DNA from: Rhizodiscina lignyota | Taxonomy: Eukaryota | Reading direction: 5' to 3' | Length of the DNA: 64,000 bases | NCBI GenBank assembly: GCA_010015805.1 | Contig: ML978128.1 | Location: forward strand, 868,001 to 932,000 | In this document: positions 25,901 through 39,255 of the stretch, in pieces | Layout of the letters: each line of letters opens with the position of its first letter | Position numbering within the stretch: position 1 is the stretch's first letter | Translations under genes and position numbers: made by a program | Notes under the pieces: generated by a model | The model's input: the letters and a program-made list of their open reading frames with translations, nothing else | The model's database searches: none | Told to the model about the DNA's origin: nothing

Positions 25901-28900
25901 TCACCATTGCCATTCCCCAAATGCGTGCCTGCCTTCAATCTGCACTGAACGAACCCGACTTGTGTGATGACGCTTTTGTAGCTTGGACAAGGCTTGTCAT
26001 GTCCGTCGACAAAGAAGATACCGAAAATCTTATTGAGTACACATTCACTCTCATCGTACGATACTGGAACACATTCTCGCCGGCCTCGCAGCAAAGAGCG
26101 CATGATCTGATCTCTCAAATCATCAAAGACCACAATGCGGAAATCAAGGACAAGGTTTTGAGCCTTCCATCATTGAGCTCGATACCATTGATGTCGAAAT
26201 ATGACACGGAATTTGCCAAATTCAAAAATGCAGAGCTACCTTTGAGACATTTTGAAGCGTTTGCTCGACGATGCAACGACGAGAATGCGCTTATCGTTCG
26301 ACAAGCCCTCCTCGAGCTGTCACCCTACCTGGAAGATAATCAAAAGTTTATTCACGATTCAGTCATGGCAGCACAGCCAAATGCTGTCATTGACACACTA
26401 GTACGTGCCATCCTGGATGCATCGATCCGGTTTTTGGAAGGCCATATCGAAATCAGCATGCTATGTGCGCAGTGTCTGGGCCTGATCGGTTCACTGGATC
26501 CCAACACAGTCGAAGCTACAAGGACGAAGAAAGAGGTCATGGCATTGTCCAATTTCGACCGAGTCGCTGAGGCTGTGGATTTCGTTGCGTTTTTTCTAGA
26601 GAATGTGCTTGTCAAAGCTTTTCATTCTGCGACAAATGGCAGAGTTCAGAACTACCTTGCCTACGCAATGCAGGAACTCTTGAAACATTGCGAATTCAAA
26701 ACTGCACTGCAACGGCCAAGATCATCTCCACCCAGTCCGCAATATCAACGATGGCTAGCGATGTCGGAATCGGCACGTAGCACGCTCGTTCCGTACTTTC
26801 ATACAAAGTACCTCATAGCTCGTCCTGCAGATCCCCCAGGATTAAGAGAATATCCAATTTTTTCCCCGAAGATAACACATGCTACTTGGGTTCGAGATCT
26901 CGTATCGGACCTTCTTCAAAGGGGCAAGGGAGAAAACGCCAAACTCTTCTTCCCTGTACTCTCACGGATCATTAAAGGTCATGATCTGTCTATCCCGAAC
27001 TTCCTCCTGCCATTCACTGTCCTCAATGTCATTCTCGGTGGCACGGAGACGGAAGTAGCTAATATTCAAAAAGAAATGCTCAGCATTCTCGATTACGATC
27101 TTTCAGCACTTGAGATCCAAGAACAGGAAAATGTTAGGCACTGCAGCGAAGTGAGTTACGGAAGTTTTGTGCCCCCTCATTACAAATTCAGCTAATCTCG
27201 ACCAGAACGTATTCCAAGTCCTCGATTATCTCTCCCGGTGGCTACAGCAAAAGAGAAAATATATCAATGAGTTGCGAGCAGCTGGTTCGCGTGGAACTGT
27301 CAATTCCGTGGATTTCGACGAGGTCCATGAGATTGCCCATATCTCCAGCGTGGAGCGAATATTATCGACCATTCCGCCTGGGATTCTTGCGAGGCGAGCG
27401 ATGGAATGCCATTCGTTTGATAGAGCTCTTTTCCACTGGGAGCAGTACCTTCGGGCGGAGAGAGAAAAGGGCCGTATCGAGGAAAATTCACCCGATCATG
27501 AAGACATTCTTCTTCGCCTTCAGGATACCTACGTTCAGATTGATGAACCGGATGGAATACAGGGAATCTCTGCTCACTTGCACATCCTCGACCCTGAACA
27601 GCAGATCCTGGATCACAGGATAAATGGTAGATGGGCTGCTGCGCAGAGTTGGTACGAGCTTGAACTGGAAGATAATCCACATGATGAAAAACTCCAAATG
27701 GATCTCTTAACCTGCTTGAGCGATTCATGGCAACAAGGTGAGATCTACACGTTCTTCTCGCGTTAATAGCTAACCCTTGCACAGATATACTGTTAAAATA
27801 TGTTCAAAACCTACGTCATACCGGAAGACCGCTAATACCCCAAGCATGGGGTCTTGCCGCCGAAGCAGCTTGGACGATGGGTCAGTGGGATACACTGCAA
27901 GACCTCATGTCCAGCAAACCAGACTCGGTTCCGAAAGGCTTCAGCATTGGAGTGGCTTCGTGGTTACTTGCCCTGCGGCAAAGGAAAGATGAAAAGGAGC
28001 TCACGCGCATCCTATCCGGCTTAAGAGAAGACGTCGTTTGCTCATTCTCTTCAACCAATACCGCGTCTTTAAAGGTCTGTAGTGGGCGCTTATTCGAGTT
28101 GCATGTGCTATACGAGCTCGAGAAGATTGCTGGCCCCATCGGATCCGACGCAAAACCAAACGACAAAATCGTGGACATCCTTGATACGCGCCTTGGTATG
28201 CTTGGACCGTTCACAGCGAACAAACAATATCTTCTAGCAGTTCATCGCGCTGCTATGGAATTATCAAGGCACGTTTCCTCGATCGCTCGAGACTTCTGAT
28301 ATTAACTTTTAGTAGCGTTGCATTCACGGATAAGCAACTCGCGGCTGCGTGGCTGAAAAGTGCTAGACTTGCTAGGAAGGAGAACCTAATCAATGTTGCT
28401 TACGATGCAATACACCATGCTAGCAAGCTTGACGCAGACTCGGCTATGGTTGAGCAATGCCGACTGCTTTGGAAGGACGGAAATCACAAGAAAGCCATTC
28501 AGAGTCTTCAGGGAGCGATTGCAGACAACGCTTTCCATTCATTCGATACTGTCAGCACGACAGAACTCAGCATGTTCTCAGAAGATCAGCAACAAAAGTA
28601 TGAGAATGCCTTGCTTGCAAAGGCACAATTGCTACTGGCAAAATGGAACGATCAGGCAGGTCAAATGGGTTCCAAAGATCTCATCCCCAAATATCAAGCT
28701 GCAGTCCGAAACAATCCGCACTGGGACAAGGGCCATTATTACCTGGGCAGGTATTACAACAAGATGCTCGAGTCTGAAAAGACCTTACCGTTGGCGAAGC
28801 AAAGCAACAGCTTCAAGACGGGCGAAACTGCAAAGCTCGTCATCGACAACTTCACACGCTCCCTAGGATTTGGCGCAAAGTACTATTACCAGACAGTACC

Positions 28901-30572
28901 AAAAATTCTCACGCTCTGGCTTGACTTTGGCCAAGAAGTCTATCACGAGCAAATGACAGGGCGGTGCGCGTACGGGCAACAGATTGCTAGCCACAGGGCT
29001 GATCATCTCGATCTTATGCATCGGCAACTGCGGAAATACCTGGAGCGATTATCGCCATACATCTTTTACACAGCATTTCCACAAATCATCAGTCGCATCG
29101 GCCATTCACACGAGGATGTTTGGGACTTGCTCGGCCACCTTATCACAAAGATTGCAAGTACATACCCACAACAAGCCCTCTGGAGCCTCTTAGCCGTCGC
29201 AAAGTCCACATCAAAGGACAAAGCAAGCCGCGGCCAAAACTTGTTGAGTAGACTGAGACACGATTCCGGAAAGAAGGCAAAGCACGAAGTTCCCGCTGCC
29301 CAGCTCAGAACCCTCATTTCACAGGGCCTGAAACTTACGGAAGCTCTGTTACATGCATGTGAAGCTAGTGTTGACTCCCGTGCTGTCCATGTCAGCCTTG
29401 CAAGAGATCTTCATTTCAATCACAAGCTTGCTCCGTGCGGATTGGTGGTGCCGATCGAAAAGACGATGACTGCTGTCTTGCCGACATTGGTAGGAGCTCC
29501 AAACATCCGAAACCACAAACCTTTTCCGAATGGGCACATCACGATCGAGGCATTCACAGATGATGTACTTGTTCTGAGCTCACTTCAGAGGCCCCGGAAG
29601 CTAACCGTACGGGGTACTGACGGGCAGCTGTACGGCCTGCTATGCAAGCCGAAGGATGACCTCAGGAAGGACCAGCGACTAATGGAATTCAATGCAATGA
29701 TTGATCGGTCGCTGAAGCGAGACGTCGAAGCTAGCAGACGACAACTTTACATCAAGACTTACGGTGTCATCCCACTCAATGAGGAATGTGGAACCATTGA
29801 ATGGGTTGATGGTCTGAAGCCAATGCGAGACATAATCATCAACAGCTACAAGCAAAAGGGTGTTCGCATCGATTACAACGAAATCCGCAGTCTCTTGCAA
29901 GAGGCATGCTCAAACCTTCCAGCGAGTGTAGCTGTTTTCAACGACAAGATACTTCCAAAGTTCCCGGCCGTCTTACACGAATGGTTCATTGAAATGTTTC
30001 CCGAGCCAGAAACCTGGCATGCTGCGCGCCTGCGTTACGCAAGGTCTTGTGCTGTCATGTCCATTGTCGGCCACATGTTAGGTCTGGGCGATAGGCACGG
30101 CGAAAACGTATTGCTTGAGTCGGGTTCTGGAGGTGTATTCCACGTGGACTTCAATTGCTTGTTCGACAAGGGCCTCACCTTTGAAAAGCCTGAAATGGTC
30201 CCCTTCCGCTTGACACACAACATGGTCGATGCATTTGGTCCCTGTGGTGTCGAAGGACCGTTCCGGAAGTCAGCAGAGGTTACGCTCAAGGTACTTCGTC
30301 AGCATGAAGACACGCTCATGACGATTCTTGAGACGTTCTTGTACGACCCGACGGCTGATTTCCTCGGAAACGGAAAGAAGAAGCGAAGCGTTCCTGGCGT
30401 ACCGGAGACGCCGCAGGAGGTCCTGGACAGCGTTAGGGGCAAGCTGAAGGGCTTCATGCGTGATGAAAAGGTGCCATTGAGCGTGGAGGGCTACGTGGAT
30501 ACACTGATTCAAATGGCGAGGAGTCCGCGAAACTTGACGGAAATGTACATCGGATGGTGTGCCTTCTTCTAA
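22905..30572 (+). CDS. MEC1: ATR/Mec1/Rad3 PIKK checkpoint kinase
   Basis: HEAT/UME and FAT regions (WLKSARLARK); kinase motifs KPKDDLRKDQR, LGLGDRHGEN, HVDFNCLFDKG; FATC MYIGWCAFF*. Five introns at ~23485, ~24168, ~27151, ~27738 and 28269. Confidence 0.96.
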
Positions 30573-30646
30573 GGATCCGAATGAGAGACAATTGCAAATT
30601 CGAACGAATGTTGAAAGCTTTTTCAAAATGACTTATTTCAATTACA

Positions 30647-33631
30647 TTATTGGCTGAGTTTGAGTGGAGCCATCTCACTGATTACATCTTCGTCTCGCAG
30701 TCCCATGGACTTGAGAACGGCTATTGCCCATTGTGCCAACTCTTGGTACTGATCTCGCATAGCGTCCAAGTCTTCCCAGCTCATGCGCTCAATCTCGGTT
30801 GCAGCCCCCCTTATGATGATTTGAATGCTGGTGAGGTTTGGCATTATCCGCCCATAGATGACGTAAGGTTCAGTCTCAGGAGTCCAATTTGGTACAATGA
30901 TCAGGTTATCGTGAGCATCGTAACCCCGGCCGCGACTCGGCACAAGTCGATCCATCCGCTCCATGCCAAAGTCATGTTCCCGCTGGTGCGAGGTAGACAA
31001 GCCATCCGCACCGTCTAGCGGCGTGCACCATTTCTTCCATATCTCGTGGGCCCTGAAGCAGCCGAAGCGATCTGCGACGCCCTGGAGGAGGTTATTAAAC
31101 GAGTGTATATTCATATGATGTGGATGTGGGGCCGATCGACGTCGACCCATTTTGCATAGCCTCGCCCACTCGGGGCTCAATGAGGATAAGAATGCAAGAA
31201 TAGAGTCCATGGCAAAGACTTTCTTAGCCCAGCCATTTTCCTCTTCGCGACGGCGAATGGGGGTATAGAAGCCTTGGCACAGACGCAAAAAGATTTTCGC
31301 CGGAGGAGACTCAGACTCAGGTACAGCATCCATTCGGAGCATCTCCCGTGCTAGAACTGCGAGAGTGTTGACATTCCACGTAGCATCTGGTCGTGATCTT
31401 AGCTGGTCAAGTGTGTTTTCGACGCTCTCCCATCGCCTAAACTCGATTTGGCTTAAAAGAAAAGCTCTCATCACTCGTCCATTAAGTTGAGCGTGGCCGT
31501 GTCGCAGAGTGCTGGCGCGACTTTGAGATTCAATAACGCGTGATAACAGCTCCTTGTCCCTAGTGGCAGTCCCGAATCTTACCAACGCTGCCGCAAAAAC
31601 GTCGTCAGCATACGATGAATTGGTAATCAGCGGGCCATCCACATCGTCTGAGTATAATAGCCATCGGCCAAAGTCGTAGGCCTTGGATGTCGTAGTGAGG
31701 TTGAGAAGGTCGGCAAGTACTCGCGGCGGAAGTTGAGGGTGGAAGCTTGGATAGGTCTTAGCCAGTTCGGCGACGTTGCTGGTGAAGTCATCAACAGGCA
31801 TCGAGAAGAAGTCTGCATGTATTGAGCTTTGCGACGCATTCAGTCTTGTTGGCTCTTCGTGATCCTTCAACTGCTCAAAGAAATTGCGAATAGCTGCAGT
31901 CTTGTTTCGATCTGTGAAATTTTGCAGCTGCTCAAACGTCTTCAGTGCACCAGACGCGTCTCCCCGCGTGACAAAGCCCCGAATAGAACGATGAAACAGG
32001 CCAAGAGCAGATGCGGAAGGATCGAACATGTATGGAACACGTTTGTGGGAAACATCAATCGCTGTTGGAGTGTTCTGGAGTTTGACTTCGCGGGTAAACG
32101 GTTGCGCAAGCTGGAGAATCCCTCGCAAGAGCCCAGGGTTCAACTCAGCGTTGACACCCTCTGATTCAAGGAATCGAACGATAACAGCATCCCAAGACAT
32201 GACTCCTAGGCCCATGTCATGAGCATCGAGCATGCGCTTGAAGTCCTGTATGTAATGCAAGGCCACACTCGCTTGCACGCCGCGGTTCCCAACACCTACT
32301 CGTATGTGATTCAACATTCCGTCCACAAAGGCGGTCACAACTTCGGTGCTGATGGTCTTCTCAACCCTGTCCGAACCAAAGTCATCCTTATCCTCTCCAC
32401 TCATACCGAGCAACCGGGCCAGAGGACTAGCTTTTTGAGCGGTCAGCGTCTCTTCACTCTCGACGACTTTTTGCGTCTGACAGATCAGGGACCAAGGGCT
32501 CTCCTCAGATTGAGCCTCAGTATCGCGCAAGATAGATGCACCTTCTTCGATCCAGCGACCGTGAAGACAGGACCAAAGAATCAATTCCAGCCAAACTTCG
32601 TGCCGAAGGGTAGGGAGTTGCCCTCTAAATGCGAGACCAGGCATTCCGCGCCCTAGGAAGCGGTATTGCGCTCCAGTTTCTTTTGATCTGGCAGCATTGG
32701 TACTCTCTTGGGCTTTCCACGCCGCGTCTGAAAGGGAGGTAAGGATAAGTGATGACAACATGTGCAAGAGGGGTGGCTGATGCACCGAAAATTGATCCCC
32801 CGGAGGCGCAGATCTGTATATGGAGGCCGGAATAATGTCGTTGTGATGCAGGATGGCCAAAATTTGCATCACATAGGGCATGATCCTTTCCGACTCTGCT
32901 TCGTCGGCACGGGCAGCCCTTAGAATCATCGTCCCTAAAGCTCGCCAGACTTTCCCGAGCGCTCCTTTGTGAGAAGTCCATCCTTGATTCGCGATACGTG
33001 GGTTGTATTGCAGTATCTCGCGCAATCTCCGTCCGTTGGACTGCAAGGAAAGATCGTTAATGGATATCGACGCCTTTGTCAGTTTATCCAGAGAGTCTGC
33101 GGCATGCCATGAGAAGCTAGTAGAAGATGTGGGAGAATCAGTTGCAATCTCTGCCGGGTCACCTTGCTCGGCAAGCTGATTGACAATCCAGACCACAGCA
33201 TCCCAGCGCTCTTGCTCGACTCCAAGATGAGTCAACAGATCATGCCCATCTTCATAGGCCAGAGAAATGTGGCGAGCTATGCTCGAGCTTATATATTCTG
33301 TCTCGTCTGTGGTATCTTCTGGCTGCGTGGTACGGAGATGAGGTGGAAGGGCTAGCTCAAGGGAGTCGATCCATGCTTCAGTGTCGAATCGCGCGCTTGG
33401 GACGGGTATTGGCTTCCCCTGGGCTTTAATGATCCGGCTATCCGTTTCTCTTGGGGTTTCTGGGCCGGTATTCGGAGACGAGCGCAAGAAGCTTCTATTC
33501 GACGCGAAGGGGCTGCCATTGTTCGGGCCTTGGACGGGAGTTGCGAAAGTTCTAGCTGCTACTGTTTGTCTGCGGAGACGAGCAGCTTGCTGGAAGGCGC
33601 GTGCAAAGGGAGAACGCCAGCACGTATGCAT
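30647..33631 (-). CDS. Large hypothetical protein, probably mitochondrial (helical-repeat/PPR-like)
   Basis: Uninterrupted 994-aa ORF with an Arg/Ala-rich, acid-free N-terminus. Function not recognised. Confidence 0.75.
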   Translation of the reverse strand: MHTCWRSPFARAFQQAARLRRQTVAARTFATPVQGPNNGSPFASNRSFLRSSPNTGPETPRETDSRIIKAQGKPIPVPSARFDTEAWIDSLELALPPHLRTTQPEDTTDETEYISSSIARHISLAYEDGHDLLTHLGVEQERWDAVVWIVNQLAEQGDPAEIATDSPTSSTSFSWHAADSLDKLTKASISINDLSLQSNGRRLREILQYNPRIANQGWTSHKGALGKVWRALGTMILRAARADEAESERIMPYVMQILAILHHNDIIPASIYRSAPPGDQFSVHQPPLLHMLSSLILTSLSDAAWKAQESTNAARSKETGAQYRFLGRGMPGLAFRGQLPTLRHEVWLELILWSCLHGRWIEEGASILRDTEAQSEESPWSLICQTQKVVESEETLTAQKASPLARLLGMSGEDKDDFGSDRVEKTISTEVVTAFVDGMLNHIRVGVGNRGVQASVALHYIQDFKRMLDAHDMGLGVMSWDAVIVRFLESEGVNAELNPGLLRGILQLAQPFTREVKLQNTPTAIDVSHKRVPYMFDPSASALGLFHRSIRGFVTRGDASGALKTFEQLQNFTDRNKTAAIRNFFEQLKDHEEPTRLNASQSSIHADFFSMPVDDFTSNVAELAKTYPSFHPQLPPRVLADLLNLTTTSKAYDFGRWLLYSDDVDGPLITNSSYADDVFAAALVRFGTATRDKELLSRVIESQSRASTLRHGHAQLNGRVMRAFLLSQIEFRRWESVENTLDQLRSRPDATWNVNTLAVLAREMLRMDAVPESESPPAKIFLRLCQGFYTPIRRREEENGWAKKVFAMDSILAFLSSLSPEWARLCKMGRRRSAPHPHHMNIHSFNNLLQGVADRFGCFRAHEIWKKWCTPLDGADGLSTSHQREHDFGMERMDRLVPSRGRGYDAHDNLIIVPNWTPETEPYVIYGRIMPNLTSIQIIIRGAATEIERMSWEDLDAMRDQYQELAQWAIAVLKSMGLRDEDVISEMAPLKLSQ

Positions 33632-33977
33632 GAAGACATTGTCTCAAGAGCAATGGTGGTGAGAGAATTTCGAATTGCGAGTGAAAAAAAAGTAGCGTGA
33701 ATGACGTCTCGAAGTCAAGGCTTGGCGCGTCGCGCGCCTGCCTTCGTTCTTACCAACCGACCAACACACGACACACGACTTCCAGGCAGACATAAATCCT
33801 CCACGCCTTGATTTTCTTCCGCTTTCTTTCAATTTCCATTCTGCGACAATCAACACTGTGTTTCTGTTTTGCTATTAACAGGAAACTCCTCTCAAACCTG
33901 TCACAACCTTTTTTCAATCTAATTCCCCATTCCACAAAAACACCCCCACCTTCTCACCGAACCAAAGTTCGATCAAA

Positions 33978-35034
33978 ATGCCAGCATACCGTGCAGGTAA
34001 ATATACCTCTCTATTCTATTGCACAGTTGTTCATAACTAATTAATTTTACAGAGATCTCCAGCACGAACCGCGCTCTGTGCCAGAACCAAGCGTGCAAGG
34101 ATGCGAAGGTGAAGCTGCAGAAAGGTGAATTTCGATTTGGTACCTGGGTCGAGGTCAATGAGGTGGCGAGCTGGAGATGGCGTCACTGGTTCGTTTTCTC
34201 TCGCCTCTTCTACCTTATACTTTTGTGCTTATTGATGCAGGGGCTGTGTCACTCCAAAGGTTCTCCAAAACGTCAAGGAGTTGACCGAGGGGGACATGGA
34301 GCTCATGGACGGCTATGATGAGCTCCCGGAAGAATGGCAGGAGAAACTAGAGGAGGCTATCGAAGTAGGACACGTCCCGGATGAGGACTGGAATGGCGAC
34401 GTGGAGTTCAACCGGCCTGGCAAAACGGGATTCCGCAAGAGAACCCCAAAGAAGAAGGCTGGCGATGATGAGGTGAGTCATTTTTTGTCCTAGTTGTATC
34501 GTCACTCTAACGAATCCTCAGAACGATGAGGAGAATGCTCCTCCGACCCCAACTCCGAAGCCAAAGAAGCGAGGACGGGGAAAGAAGGACGATGATGACG
34601 ATGCAGAAGAAGCGAAGCCTGCCGCTAAGAAGTCGAAGAAGAAGACTACTAAGACTGAAGAGGAGGACGACGAGATGCCTGCACCGGCCGCCGCGACTAA
34701 ATCCAAGAGGAAGACTGTTAAGGCCGAGGATGAGGACGACGAGATTACGACCTCGTCTCCAAAGAGGGCAAGGAGAAGCAGGACGAAGCCTACCACCATT
34801 GCAGCGGAAGAGGATGAAGAAGAGCCAGCTCCCCAGAAGAAAACTGCTAAGAAATCTAAGAAGGCAGCAACCGGCGGTGCTGCAGACGACGGTGCGGGTG
34901 AGATCGAGAAACCAGCCAAGCGTGGCCGCAAGAAGAAGTCAGCTGAGGCTATCGAAGAAGACGATGACGACGACGCTCCCGCCGCAGAGAAGCCTAAGAA
35001 GGGACGCGGACGTTCAAAGAAGTCTGCAACCTGA
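33978..35034 (+). CDS. PARP-type zinc finger protein (Hpz1-like) with Lys/acidic low-complexity tail
   Basis: Spliced MPAYRAEISSTNRALCQNQAC...KGEFRFG...WRWRHWGC gives zf-PARP ligands C-C-H-C. Introns 33997-34052, 34189-34240, 34473-34521. Confidence 0.88.
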
Positions 35035-35604
35035 TCGTCTCGCTGTGCCTATCACGACACTGATAATGCGCCCGATCGCTTTATCGCACCCCTCGGAATC
35101 TGCTTCAATCGGAAACTTCACTGCTCTTTCTCTACAATGGCGTGTTCCATATACATGCTTCGATGCTGTTGATGGACCTCGCAACCTCATCTGTTTCGGT
35201 CAATTCCCTTTTTGCGTGCAAGGATCTGTCTCTTCACCTGCCAGTATAGCGTCTACTTCTGAACACCACTAAGCTTCATTACGCTCTAAACCGAGATGTT
35301 TTATGGATTTGCCCTTGCTTTGATTTGCTGATACCCAATATGCTTCTGTCACCAAGAATGGTCTCATGCGACACATCTGCTTCATAGTCCTTCGTTTACA
35401 ATATTCCCCTTTAGCTAGATGATGCACAATAGTGGCTTGTGGATCATGGAAACAGCTCATGTTACAATAATGCCTAAAGTTTTCCTCACTGTCTTGCATC
35501 AACTTAATGAATGCCCGCCTTTCCTTCCTTGCAATAATGACGGATTGTGTGGGAAGACATCCCATCAATGATGGAACTCCTATTCACCAAACTGTGACAA
35601 TCTC

Positions 35605-36045
35605 CTACTTTCGAATTGCAGACGTGCCATCATCAGCGCCAGGCAAGCCCTATTCTCAGGCGTAAGTACATGAACCCGGAGTAATCCAGATCCGCTTACC
35701 TCTTCATCACCAGGCTCGGCATAAGTTCCTGCCTTCTTTGCCGCGCCGCGAGTGCGGCTGTCGATGATATTATCCTTGTCAATATCTTCTTTGTCGTCCT
35801 GGGCTTCAGCATCATCAGTGAGTGTCAACGACATAGTAGGTAGGTCGATCCAGCATACCGAGGTATTCGTCGGAGTCAGCACGACCATCAGAAGGAATGT
35901 TGTCTTCCGTAGGAGCATTGTCGTTTATGACGGGGATGTGGGACTGGCCGGTACGGCTCTGGTAACTGTTATCGACGGTGTCGCCCGTTGGGGCATCATT
36001 GCGGGGGATGTCGTTCTGCGCTTCGTACTGCTCGTCGGCGGACAT
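35605..36045 (-). CDS. Small acidic protein with histone-chaperone CHZ-like motif
   Basis: DIDKDNIIDSRTRG motif. Exons 36045-35859, 35803-35700, 35649-35605. Confidence 0.75.
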
Positions 36046-36749
36046 TTTGGGATTTTAAAGTTCTTATTCTTTGATTGCAGGAATTGTGATTTGAAGCTCA
36101 GAAGATGGTTGTAGGCATAAAAGGAGAATAAGGAGACGTAGCGGTACTTGTATCCCTACCCGCTCCCAGAATATGCTCAGAATCACGACGTCAGAGTTAA
36201 GTAAGTATCAATTGAATCTGCACAACAACTTAAGAAATGTGACGAAGCACCCTAAGTTGCAGAATATGACCACGAAATAGCGTATGAGATCCGCTTCTGG
36301 GACTTTGCACGCAATAATGACATAACCAGCGCCGCGGCCGACTGCGAAATCAGAAGATCGCGTCACATCAGCACGCGGTCAATTACATTTCGAAATTAAG
36401 AAAGTGATAGTCTAAGACTATAAATGGAAATGAGAGACAGGGGCACTCGCGGTATGGTGAGGTCGGTGGAGGATCAGATCGTGAAACTGGCATCATATAC
36501 TTGACAAATGGAGCTAGCGTTGCCAGGAAGGGCGTCTCGGAGGCATGATGGGGCCTTGAACATAGATCTTGTCGAGATATCCTGCAGGTGGGTAGATCAG
36601 AAAGAGGGTAGATCAGAAAGAGGAGATGATAACGAATATGATCACGCTTGTCACATTTCAAGGCGAAGCATCGGCGGAGAGAGAATATTTCAGCCGGCCA
36701 GTTGTGATACAATTACATAGGATGTATCCACGCAGCGAGGTTGCTAATT

Positions 36750-38630
36750 TTAAACATTGCTAGAGAGAACATTGAATATATTATTAGGCGTACTGCCATT
36801 GCCCTCCCGTCCAGCCTGCGTTTTAGCTTTCTTGCGCTTTTTCTTCCCTTTTTTCTCTGATTCTTTCGACGGCTCATCTGGCACAGTCTCGACTACCCCA
36901 GGGAGACCGTATATCAGACTTATGACGGCCTCATGTTTATCTGTCTCCAGAAGCGAACTGGAAGAGAAAAGATCTCGAAGGCTCGGTAGATCGGAGAGGA
37001 AATCCTCCAGGCTTATCATCCACTCAGCTCGAGTAGTCTCTACCGTGAGTGGTCTTTTCCAATAGCCGAGAAGCTGCTTCAGTATTCGGAATGAGTAAAG
37101 TTCTGCCTGTACCAAAGCTGAAAAATGGATAAATGCCCAGTCTGAACCTATCCATTGGCCTTGAAGTATGTCTTCAAGGTGATCTTTTGGAACAAGTGGC
37201 TTTCCACCGGCTACGATGTCTTTACAGACGAGCAGAATCGCGAATGACATCCAGAAGTAGGCGGAAGAGGAATGGGCAAGCTCATTTCGCCAATTGCTTG
37301 CATCTTCTAAAAGCGAAAGCGCGGCTTTTTTGCATTCTACGGCTCTGAGATGTGGAACAGATACCTCAGCCATATTTGGTCCGCGTCTTTGCACTTCTAC
37401 TGTAGTGCGGTCGCCGGCTTGGCCGTCAAGGTTGTAGCCGAGGCGACGGACGGCGGCTCCGGATGTCCATGCTGCGAACCGTGTCGGATCGTCTACGAGA
37501 AATGGGAGGTAAATGACTCGTTTGGAGAGGCTTTCTTTCGTTCGATGAACGTATTCTGCGACCCTTGGATCTAAGCTGCTCTTGTCTGTCCCCGTTGGAG
37601 AGAGACGCACTTCGCTGAAAGCGGATGGGAGGTCAACTTCAAATTCATACTCTTCCTTGAACTTCAAGTACTCTTTGTTCGCGTTCTGCAGGTTCTGAGC
37701 CAAGAGTTTGCACTCGTTCAAGCTCTTGCCCCTGTTGCGCATCACAATAAATCCAAGCTTCAATAGACTCCCAAGATGGAGTCTGCGTGCAATTACAGCA
37801 GGCTCATATCTCTTGCTTCGGAGCTTTGAATCTGTTAAAGCATTAGCGGTCAAGCTGGCATCTTAGCACGATACTCACCGAGTGAGAAGTCGCTGAAGAA
37901 TGTCACTGAACCCTTCAAACCAATATCGTACACGAGTAAGTCAGTGTCGCCGGTGATGACAGTGCCGCCAGATCTCTTGACATATCTGGCACAATAGGCA
38001 TCTGCTTCGCCTGGAACAATACTGGTAATGCTCGCATATTTGCTCTGAAGCAAGCTCTCTATTACAGCAGGAACAAGAAATGGAGAAGCAGGCAGTGCTT
38101 TAAGCTTAGCGGGCACATGTTGGATGCGAAAGAGTTCAGATTGATCCGCAGGCTTATTTTCATGCCAATCACGAGGAGTGAGAAAGCCATGAGGGTAGTC
38201 TCTTCGAAACAAAATCAATTGATTGAGATAATGTTGCAGTCGCGAAATCCTGACAGGAGTTTTGGCGTGTGGAAGAGCTCCGTCGAAGAAAATCGCGCGT
38301 CTGGCTCACCCCCATCAGCATGGGTCGCGTTTGACAGATGCCGTCGGGGTATTACATCGTCAAACCATTGCTTTCCAGCGCATCGATCCAATTAAGCACG
38401 ACTGCACAAACTTCGTGGTAAGGCGGAATTGCTTCCAGCGCGTTGCGTGCATCTTTTCTCCGTGACAAGGCGTTGTGATACGCGTGATAGGCTAAGCCAG
38501 GACCGTCAATCACAGCCAAACCTCCTGAGTCGTGGAAGCGGCCATCCGCACTTCCTGGAAATGGCGCTGCTGGAAAGGCGGCGGGCGTGGCGAACGGCTC
38601 GAGGAGTTTGAGGAGATGAGGAATGCCCAT
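36750..38630 (-). CDS. XPG/asteroid-like PIN-domain nuclease family protein
   Basis: MGIPHL, VIDGPGLAY, FFDGALP, VPGEADAYCA and TGDTDLLVY motifs; two introns; basic NLS-like tail. Confidence 0.85.
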
Positions 38631-39255
38631 AAGCCTCGGATACGTCGCATCTCCCAGGCACGGAGGATGCGTCGCAGGCCTGTCGCGTGGATCGTAGAAA
38701 AGGAAAAATCAGAGTATCGAATCTAAAATTCGCGTTGCCGAATCGGATGATGGTGGTGTTTGTTGCTAGCTGCATGCGGAATGGCTGGCTGAACGTCATA
38801 TCAGATGGCTAAAGCGCGTCTCAGACATCTCGCGTCTGGAGAAAAGCGCTGCACAGCTTCATGCCCCCGACCGCTATGCTGCGACATCATCGCGTCCCAG
38901 ATCTCATCCTCACCCTCCCCGCATCTCTCTTCGCACTGAATTTTAATTCTTGACAATCTTTTGCACCACCGTATAGCCTGGAGCACCGCCATCTGTCGTT
39001 CGCGCTAGCGCTTAATTTCAGCTTCATATACACCTTCCCGCCTCCGTCCGCCGCAAATATAAGGCTTCGACAGCCACGTCCTTCCTTTGCCATTCGAAAC
39101 GGTCGATGCGAGTCCTTTGCCGAGAGTCGAATCCACTACTTCTCGCTATTCTGTGTATACATGTTGGAAGGGGCAAGGGTGATTGAGGACCGGATGACAT
39201 TCAGGGACCGCGCCCCCATTCGCCGTGAAAACGTCCCAGGACGACGCGGGGGCCA

